64,000 nt of DNA from Phoronis australis (taxonomy: Eukaryota > Animalia > Phoronida): the NCBI GenBank assembly GCA_002633005.1, contig NMRA01000003.1, positions 604,696 to 668,695 on the forward strand, in the 5' to 3' direction. Both the position numbers and the translations under genes were made by a program. The number at the start of each line of letters is the position of its first letter. The stretch's first letter is position 1. The notes beneath the pieces were generated by a model, which did not search any database, was not told the origin of the DNA, and saw only the letters and a list, made by a program, of their open reading frames with translations. Below, one piece after another: positions 62,901 to 64,000 of the stretch.

Positions 62901-63992
62901 TAAAATTGTTAATAGAATAATTGTTTCTAATATGCTGTATACTGATGGGCTATCAAAATGAAATCACTATCATCTATAGCGACTTACTCTAAATTCACTT
63001 CCGGTAAATGCATTGATAGCCTTTTTCAACTTAAGTTGATAGTCTGGTGAGATGAAGAAGTAGGTCATGTCATCAGTAAAGCCAGGTTGGGGAATTAGCT
63101 CCACTTTAACAATATCCTTGAATGGACTCTGGAACAAAACATTATAACAGAGTAACACAAATCAACCTTTACAAAATAATACAAAATTTCTTTGGTCACT
63201 TGAAAATTAACTTAATATACATTACAGCTAAGTACACGTTCAAAATCATCCAAAAATAACAAAAAGTCACTGAAAATGATTTATGTGAGAAAGTTGAAAT
63301 GGCCAAAAAGCTACTCTTACATTTTTATCTTGGTCTGTGACGTTTATTTGTGTGACAAAGTGGTCTGCAGTTGCTGCTGATGGAACTTGACTGATTGATC
63401 CTGTAGTAACCACAGGAGGGTGAAGGTTACGGTTGACATTGACGGTGTAGGTGGCAGTAGCGGTCAGAGGTTGAGGGCCACCATCTTGGATGAACAACAC
63501 AACCTGTAATAGATGAACAATGGACTACCTGTGTAACGAAGTGTGTTTGAGTGGTGATAAACTTAAAATTAATGAAATTCATTGATTGCCAACTACATAG
63601 CAATGCTTTAAGGAATCAAAATCTAGGAACTTGTTTCAGTCAGATGACTGTAGAAATACAGCACATTGATTAGTTACAATCTCCTGAATTCTTCAAATGG
63701 AGCAAAGGTGTCCAGCATGCTGAGAATCAGAGCGATCTGCGATTTTTCAGGAAATCGCCGTTTTGTAGGACATTGCATTTAACAACACCATATACTGGCC
63801 TCGTGTATTTTCTAATGAGTTTTCCATATAGATTATGGCCATGGTAAAAACACTCACATTATATTTTGTTGCACGATCAGTACCAAGATCACGGATAAGT
63901 CGCACTTTGCGGCTAGCACAGTTGAAGTCAAAGAAGGCACTGGCTTGGTCATTCCCAATAACTGTTGGACATGTGACTGTGTTGAATGGAGC
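2..63992 (-). CDS. Giant cadherin-superfamily (Fat/Dachsous-like size class) gene, internal part: 89 exons, ~5,220 aa, ~50 cadherin repeats; both ends outside window
   Basis: Minus-strand ORF fragments carry cadherin motifs (xE in strand A, A.D.D, Y.I...F.I...TG.I, Y.L.V.A.D, PxF). Each fragment is bounded by AG/GT, every exon length is a multiple of 3, and the exons concatenate without stops. Confidence 0.95.
661..834 (-). CDS. cadherin exon 88 (long type)
   Basis: CNVCATDQ...ATDSDCK; AG/GT, 174 nt. Confidence 0.85.
1224..1352 (-). CDS. cadherin exon 87 (short)
   Basis: DPITYSL...GSVYT; 129 nt. Confidence 0.85.
1559..1707. repeat. intronic minisatellite, ~48-bp unit x3
   Basis: acaatagtaaaaattacagttgtacaaaaaaggcctccagccacatac repeated. 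Confidence 0.9.
1966..2148 (-). CDS. cadherin exon 86 (long)
   Basis: LTVFAFDK...RNLNKP...ASDPDG; 183 nt. Confidence 0.9.
2636..2761 (-). CDS. cadherin exon 85 (short)
   Basis: VVGYELS...APQYS; 126 nt. Confidence 0.85.
3182..3367 (-). CDS. cadherin exon 84 (long)
   Basis: CAILVSDL...RNLGLP...ATKSGA; 186 nt. Confidence 0.85.
3815..3940 (-). CDS. cadherin exon 83 (short)
   Basis: DQLHYSL...VTRLN; 126 nt. Confidence 0.85.
3958..4181. repeat. degenerate minisatellite, ~47-bp unit x5
   Basis: atgaacagtatagcatgggcatgttcagtatatacgctctgtacact-like units. Confidence 0.85.
4570..4752 (-). CDS. cadherin exon 82 (long)
   Basis: LVIEAYDD...RNEHRP...ATDTDG; 183 nt. Confidence 0.9.
5327..5452 (-). CDS. 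cadherin exon 81 (short)
   Basis: GTIVYNV...TTKYS; 126 nt. Confidence 0.9.
5643..5843 (-). CDS. cadherin exon 80 (long)
   Basis: LKIEVRDR...DDGDKK; 201 nt. Confidence 0.9.
6133..6255 (-). CDS. cadherin exon 79 (short)
   Basis: DQLYYRI...VNSYT; 123 nt. Confidence 0.9.
6428..6538. repeat. minisatellite, ~37-bp unit x3
   Basis: gatcctaa...agtacc.gtaagagtccataaa repeated. Confidence 0.8.
6988..7173 (-). CDS. cadherin exon 78 (long)
   Basis: VTVQCYDT...ADADQ; 186 nt; not in ORF track. Confidence 0.85.
7576..7698 (-). CDS. cadherin exon 77 (short)
   Basis: GDIVCEM...VSRYE; 123 nt. Confidence 0.85.
8016..8204 (-). CDS. cadherin exon 76 (long)
   Basis: VIVKATDN...SDGDKL; 189 nt. Confidence 0.9.
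8554..8670 (-). CDS. cadherin exon 75 (short)
   Basis: QTVQYSV...TERYT; 117 nt. Confidence 0.85.
9143..9349 (-). CDS. cadherin exon 74 (long)
   Basis: LKIVSYDT...ATDKDQ; 207 nt. Confidence 0.9.
9700..9822 (-). CDS. cadherin exon 73 (short)
   Basis: GKVVYEV...STQYV; 123 nt. Confidence 0.9.
10953..11138 (-). CDS. cadherin exon 72 (long)
   Basis: LVIKATDQ...ATDNPVT; 186 nt. Confidence 0.9.
11523..11665 (+). mobile_element. tRNA-derived SINE copy
   Basis: A-box-like TGGTTCAGTAG and B-box GGTTCAAGTCC. The body agcagaaggtcctgggttc...caggggcagaaatcttttcggactt...ttcattaggtca also occurs inverted at ~47.7-47.8 kb. Confidence 0.75.
11794..11925 (-). CDS. cadherin exon 71 (short)
   Basis: DQIRYSI...VTEIK; 132 nt. 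Confidence 0.85.
12603..12785 (-). CDS. cadherin exon 70 (long)
   Basis: VVVEAHNS...RNVNAP...ATDGDN; 183 nt. Confidence 0.9.
12938..13057 (-). CDS. cadherin exon 69 (short)
   Basis: GTLVYKV...GGQYL; 120 nt. Confidence 0.85.
14190..14372 (-). CDS. cadherin exon 68 (long)
   Basis: FRVRACDD...IDPNTQ; 183 nt. Confidence 0.85.
14822..14959 (-). CDS. cadherin exon 67 (short)
   Basis: DIVTYYI...DKNFQ; 138 nt. Confidence 0.9.
15465..15653 (-). CDS. cadherin exon 66 (long)
   Basis: ALVKAYDK...ATDLDPG; 189 nt. Confidence 0.9.
16270..16395 (-). CDS. cadherin exon 65 (short)
   Basis: PDIKYEL...SKVYY; 126 nt. Confidence 0.9.
16784..17002 (-). CDS. cadherin exon 64 (long)
   Basis: ATVAATDK...ALDRDTFQPP; 219 nt. 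Confidence 0.85.
17385..17519 (-). CDS. cadherin exon 63 (short)
   Basis: DPVTYAQ...LDQYT; 135 nt. Confidence 0.85.
18240..18772 (+). mobile_element. 5'-truncated non-LTR retrotransposon (CR1/L2-like) 3' end
   Basis: Encodes RTSLYSKSFFIQTIKQWNNLP...FRHHL, resembling the SFF.R....WN.LP C-terminus of CR1/L2-clade ORF2. Followed by a T-rich 3' UTR, AATAAA and an (ATT/ATC)n tail at ~18715-18772. Confidence 0.75.
19025..19207 (-). CDS. cadherin exon 62 (long)
   Basis: LTVSAYSE...RNPNAP...ATDSDN; 183 nt. Confidence 0.9.
19793..19921 (-). CDS. cadherin exon 61 (short)
   Basis: GGVRYET...LTLYM; 129 nt. Confidence 0.85.
20300..21990. repeat. degenerate ~120-140-bp tandem repeat array, probably the interior of a non-autonomous transposon
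   Basis: Recurring motifs ctaggggg(c)gc / ggtggcac ... aaatttca(t/c)aa(a)gatcc ... ggagatat across 1.7 kb; no ORF. Confidence 0.6.
22131..22322 (-). CDS. cadherin exon 60 (long)
   Basis: FLVRATDN...RDTSPP...ATDPDLNQ; 192 nt. Confidence 0.9.
22616..22747 (-). CDS. cadherin exon 59 (short)
   Basis: DTITYHM...RDQYQ; 132 nt. Confidence 0.85.
23069..23251 (-). CDS. cadherin exon 58 (long)
   Basis: LVLTAHDS...RNSNPP...ATDKDN; 183 nt. Confidence 0.9.
23573..23695 (-). CDS. cadherin exon 57 (short; duplicate of exon 55)
   Basis: GSIVYNTIGNFPAGSYFNF...TQLYE; 123 nt. Confidence 0.85.
23996..24208 (-). CDS. cadherin exon 56 (long; duplicate of exon 54)
   Basis: LEVQVCDI...AKDDDLQ; 213 nt. Confidence 0.85.
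24731..24836. repeat. (AT)n microsatellite ending in an N (probable assembly join)
   Basis: About 50 AT units, N at 24836. Confidence 0.95.
25233..25355 (-). CDS. cadherin exon 55 (short)
   Basis: GSIVYSTIGNFLAESYFKF...TQLYE; 123 nt. Confidence 0.8.
25660..25872 (-). CDS. cadherin exon 54 (long)
   Basis: LEVQVCDI...AKDDDLQ; 213 nt. Confidence 0.85.
26525..26641 (-). CDS. cadherin exon 53 (short)
   Basis: VTYKITG...VSNFR; 117 nt. Confidence 0.85.
26957..27133 (-). CDS. cadherin exon 52 (long)
   Basis: PIVVVYDS...AYDPDG; 177 nt. Confidence 0.85.
27327..27437 (-). CDS. cadherin exon 51 (short)
   Basis: GKITFEM...GLQYK; 111 nt. Confidence 0.85.
28175..28363 (-). CDS. cadherin exon 50 (long)
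   Basis: LNVRASDSGNP...GEDPDLK; 189 nt. Confidence 0.9.
29199..29309 (-). CDS. cadherin exon 49 (short)
   Basis: TDVTFEG...GSPLV; 111 nt. Confidence 0.8.
29715..29957 (+). mobile_element. possible retroposed 3' fragment with poly(A) tail
   Basis: AATAAA at ~29928 followed by an A-rich tail at 29940-29957; no ORF. Confidence 0.35.
30244..30426 (-). CDS. cadherin exon 48 (long)
   Basis: ATIAAFDS...ATDPEG; 183 nt. Confidence 0.9.
30720..30839 (-). CDS. cadherin exon 47 (short)
   Basis: GAIRYRF...LSTYT; 120 nt. Confidence 0.85.
31035..31220 (-). CDS. cadherin exon 46 (long)
   Basis: FNVRVRDQ...RDAFAP...ARDDDLK; 186 nt. Confidence 0.9.
31516..31650 (-). CDS. cadherin exon 45 (short)
   Basis: DTLTYSL...DNTYQ; 135 nt. 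Confidence 0.9.
32086..32271 (-). CDS. cadherin exon 44 (long)
   Basis: LVITAYDD...RNLNTP...ATDQDVN; 186 nt. Confidence 0.9.
32720..32887. repeat. minisatellite, 28-bp unit x6
   Basis: gtgtgaagtgggccttgtgcatgaacta head-to-tail, no spacers. Confidence 0.95.
33001..33132 (-). CDS. cadherin exon 43 (short)
   Basis: GNIIYTL...QTQFK; 132 nt. Confidence 0.9.
33671..33850 (-). CDS. cadherin exon 42 (long)
   Basis: FTATVTDG...RDQYAP...ATDQDKK; 180 nt. Confidence 0.85.
34838..34948 (-). CDS. cadherin exon 41 (short)
   Basis: DILTYSI...QNQFV; 111 nt. Confidence 0.85.
35473..35658 (-). CDS. cadherin exon 40 (long)
   Basis: VVVIAYDN...RNANPP...ATDADN; 186 nt. Confidence 0.9.
35800..35928 (-). CDS. 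cadherin exon 39 (short)
   Basis: GVIKYGL...SSQYQ; 129 nt. Confidence 0.85.
36600..36800 (-). CDS. cadherin exon 38 (long)
   Basis: VEVQATDG...NDLDLPRTK; 201 nt. Confidence 0.85.
37200..37328 (-). CDS. cadherin exon 37 (short)
   Basis: SDTVIYSI...GRTDT; 129 nt. Confidence 0.8.
37589..37903 (-). CDS. cadherin exon 36 (fused short+long)
   Basis: EKINYKI...MTYT|IPIHAYD...ARDNDK; 315 nt. Confidence 0.9.
38322..38525 (-). CDS. cadherin exon 35 (long)
   Basis: FPVEADDQ...RDLHDP...ALDQDVK; 204 nt. Confidence 0.9.
38604..38725. repeat. minisatellite, 36-bp unit x3
   Basis: gtgagatcaacttattgggtctactcccaacacaaa. Confidence 0.9.
38883..38959. repeat. (GT)n microsatellite containing an N
   Basis: GT run with N at 38913. 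Confidence 0.95.
39475..39594 (-). CDS. cadherin exon 34 (short)
   Basis: DVVKYSI...NTTFV; 120 nt. Confidence 0.9.
40528..40646. repeat. (ATATAC)n hexamer repeat with 30-bp higher-order unit
   Basis: cttatacatatacatatacatatt/ac recurring. Confidence 0.9.
41418..41600 (-). CDS. cadherin exon 33 (long)
   Basis: LLVEARRAG...RNLNSP...ATDADQ; 183 nt. Confidence 0.9.
41783..41917 (-). CDS. cadherin exon 32 (short)
   Basis: STVTYST...LTDYV; 135 nt. Confidence 0.9.
42385..42564 (-). CDS. cadherin exon 31 (long)
   Basis: VVVRATDKGVP...IPTGSP; 180 nt. Confidence 0.9.
42798..42932 (-). CDS. cadherin exon 30 (short)
   Basis: APNNEIVY...KTSYQ; 135 nt. Confidence 0.9.
43203..43391 (-). CDS. cadherin exon 29 (long)
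   Basis: VRVRASDGGDP...ATDSDVT; 189 nt. Confidence 0.9.
43587..43742 (-). CDS. cadherin exon 28 (short)
   Basis: AQFNEIKL...RTSYT; 156 nt; not in ORF track. Confidence 0.8.
44200..44820. repeat. degenerate repeat array resembling that at 20.3-22 kb
   Basis: Recurring aaaaactaaaa(a)cagccaa..aggg/aggatgc...aaaaatcaa.tgg units. Confidence 0.5.
44938..45129 (-). CDS. cadherin exon 27 (long)
   Basis: LQVKARDLGTP...ARDQDSV; 192 nt. Confidence 0.9.
45414..45736. repeat. 40-bp tandem repeat x8 spanning the exon 26 donor junction
   Basis: aatatgccctcatacttacactgtaagtcttggcttacat, starting every 40 bp from 45421 to 45701. Confidence 0.97.
45720..45848 (-). CDS. cadherin exon 26 (short)
   Basis: APHNTLRY...AKTYS; 129 nt. 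Confidence 0.85.
46265..46765 (-). CDS. cadherin exon 25 (fused long+short+long)
   Basis: INVRAYDLGDP...AKDNDRS; 501 nt. Confidence 0.92.
47433..47555 (-). CDS. cadherin exon 24 (short)
   Basis: VLPKTVRYEI...FSINSLNGEIFL...GALPV; 123 nt; not in ORF track but required by the short/long alternation. Confidence 0.85.
47722..47825 (-). mobile_element. tRNA-derived SINE copy (same family as 11.5 kb)
   Basis: Reverse complement reads agcagaaggtcctgGGTTCGAGTCCcaatcaggggcagaatcttttcggacttatgttcattaggtca. Confidence 0.75.
48281..48601 (-). CDS. cadherin exon 23 (fused short+long)
   Basis: RFNFGDLTY...LDRDLTTPYR|LRVTATDKG...ATDGDVQ; 321 nt. Confidence 0.92.
48755..48860 (-). mobile_element. possible retroelement 3' tail ending in (GAA)n
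   Basis: Minus strand ...cgggaacgct(GAA)5; short repeat tails are typical of RTE-type LINEs and their SINEs. Confidence 0.35.
48919..49095 (-). CDS. cadherin exon 22 (long)
   Basis: VVVSATDKGNP...ATDTDT; 177 nt. Confidence 0.9.
49315..49455 (-). CDS. cadherin exon 21 (short)
   Basis: APNNQFMF...INTFT; 141 nt. Confidence 0.85.
49671..49987. repeat. degenerate minisatellite, ~26-bp unit x~12
   Basis: gtgatgagactgcaggtagctata(c/a)t units. Confidence 0.9.
50010..50195 (-). CDS. cadherin exon 20 (long)
   Basis: IRVLASDGGSP...ATDADIL; 186 nt. Confidence 0.85.
50479..50610 (-). CDS. cadherin exon 19 (short)
   Basis: APFNVVRY...VNQYV; 132 nt. Confidence 0.85.
50914..51105 (-). CDS. cadherin exon 18 (long)
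   Basis: FFVKASDGGTP...ANDSDTR; 192 nt. Confidence 0.85.
51386..51517 (-). CDS. cadherin exon 17 (short)
   Basis: APNNVVSY...QNRYT; 132 nt. Confidence 0.85.
52370..52555 (-). CDS. cadherin exon 16 (long)
   Basis: FTVRASDNGTP...ATDGDTS; 186 nt. Confidence 0.9.
52944..53075 (-). CDS. cadherin exon 15 (short)
   Basis: NIFNKLTY...SSFYQ; 132 nt. Confidence 0.9.
53081..53263. repeat. minisatellite, 22-bp unit x8, abutting the exon 15 acceptor
   Basis: acacaaatattgaatagttgat repeated. Confidence 0.97.
53773..53985 (+). mobile_element. second tRNA-derived SINE family copy
   Basis: A-box-like GTGGCATTGTGG, B-box-like GGTTTGAGTCC, 3' hairpin TCTGGTACA-acg-TGTACCAGA and an AT-rich tail. Confidence 0.55.
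54123..54443 (-). CDS. cadherin exon 14 (fused short+long)
   Basis: VPYKSVTY...MQYT|GTVQAKDGGDP...AQDTDTE; 321 nt. Confidence 0.9.
54787..54969 (-). CDS. cadherin exon 13 (long)
   Basis: LRVIAEDGGDP...ATDRDLL; 183 nt. Confidence 0.9.
55223..55342 (-). CDS. cadherin exon 12 (short)
   Basis: PFNVVSY...TPSYQ; 120 nt. Confidence 0.85.
56114..56308 (-). CDS. cadherin exon 11 (long)
   Basis: FQVQATDAGNP...ATDADDSS; 195 nt. Confidence 0.9.
56502..56642 (-). CDS. cadherin exon 10 (short)
   Basis: SPDNTVTY...TGLYE; 141 nt. Confidence 0.85.
57117..57302 (-). CDS. cadherin exon 9 (long)
   Basis: LRIRAKDGRNP...RNKFAP...ARDGDAH; 186 nt. Confidence 0.85.
58181..58495 (-). CDS. cadherin exon 8 (fused long+short)
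   Basis: LYVVATDSGKP...KQQYT; 315 nt. Confidence 0.92.
59049..59180 (-). CDS. cadherin exon 7 (short)
   Basis: DTVTYSM...TNLFT; 132 nt. Confidence 0.85.
59619..59801 (-). CDS. cadherin exon 6 (long)
   Basis: LEIQAYDN...RNENAP...ATDADQ; 183 nt. Confidence 0.9.
60140..60265 (-). CDS. cadherin exon 5 (short)
   Basis: GPIRYAK...ASSYV; 126 nt. Confidence 0.9.
60468..61271 (-). CDS. cadherin exon 4 (fused long-short-long-short-long)
   Basis: LRIQATDGG...AKDDDNQ; 804 nt, 268 codons. Confidence 0.95.
61371..62838. mobile_element. non-autonomous TIR DNA transposon (Tc1/mariner-pogo-like), ~1.46 kb, TA target-site duplication
   Basis: Left end TA-TCGTATTCGCCGTAATAACCGCCCA at 61371; right end reverse-complements to TA-CCGTATTCGCCGTAATAACTGCCCA ending 62838; subterminal TATAAGCGCC motifs at both ends; no transposase ORF seen. 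Confidence 0.88.
61540..61792 (-). pseudogene. decayed HIRAN-like domain coding remnant inside the TIR element
   Basis: Manual translation SSIRGFHVFKEIWIP...SNPVDNYTTSV...TIGPRKISKTFVFILRHG...*...QILCTMIFSG, containing a stop and apparent deletions. Confidence 0.6.
62988..63128 (-). CDS. cadherin exon 3 (short)
   Basis: SPFKDIVK...GSEFR; 141 nt. Confidence 0.85.
63321..63503 (-). CDS. cadherin exon 2 (long)
   Basis: VVLFIQDGGPQP...RNLHPP...TDQDKN; 183 nt. Confidence 0.9.
63858..63992 (-). CDS. cadherin exon 1 in window (short)
   Basis: APFNTVTC...ATKYN; 135 nt. Confidence 0.85.
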
Positions 63993-64000
63993 CTGCAACA

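Noticed and set aside
2-63992. Dscam-style mutually exclusive exon clusters or a clustered-protocadherin locus
   Set aside because: Exons of one type never sit side by side. Short and long types alternate and concatenate into one frame, and there are no large variable exons with their own signal peptide and TM.
2-63992. Assigning a gene symbol such as FAT4, DCHS or CDH23
   Set aside because: Repeat number, intron density and linker motifs do not fit, and the diagnostic terminal domains are outside the window.

Overview
Eukaryotic (AT-rich, probably marine invertebrate) genomic DNA lying entirely inside one very large minus-strand cadherin-superfamily gene. By reading splice junctions by hand I resolve 89 coding exons (about 15.66 kb of CDS, about 5,220 aa, about 50 extracellular cadherin repeats). 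There is no start, signal peptide, TM segment or stop in the window, so the gene extends beyond both ends. Every intron I resolved is GT-AG and phase 0. Exons alternate strictly between a short type (111-156 nt, strands C-E) and a long type (174-219 nt, strands F-G/linker/A-B), and six fused exons lack 10 of the expected introns. No inter-repeat linker has the canonical DxNDN motif; they are mostly RNxxxP or RDxxxP, and a two-domain super-repeat runs through much of the array. Introns hold minisatellites (one amplifies a splice donor 8 times), tRNA-derived SINEs, LINE 3' fragments, degenerate repeat arrays and a TA-flanked TIR element with a decayed HIRAN-like ORF. A 1.5-kb exon-pair duplication abuts an N inside an (AT)n run. 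Coordinates were read manually and may be off by a base or two.
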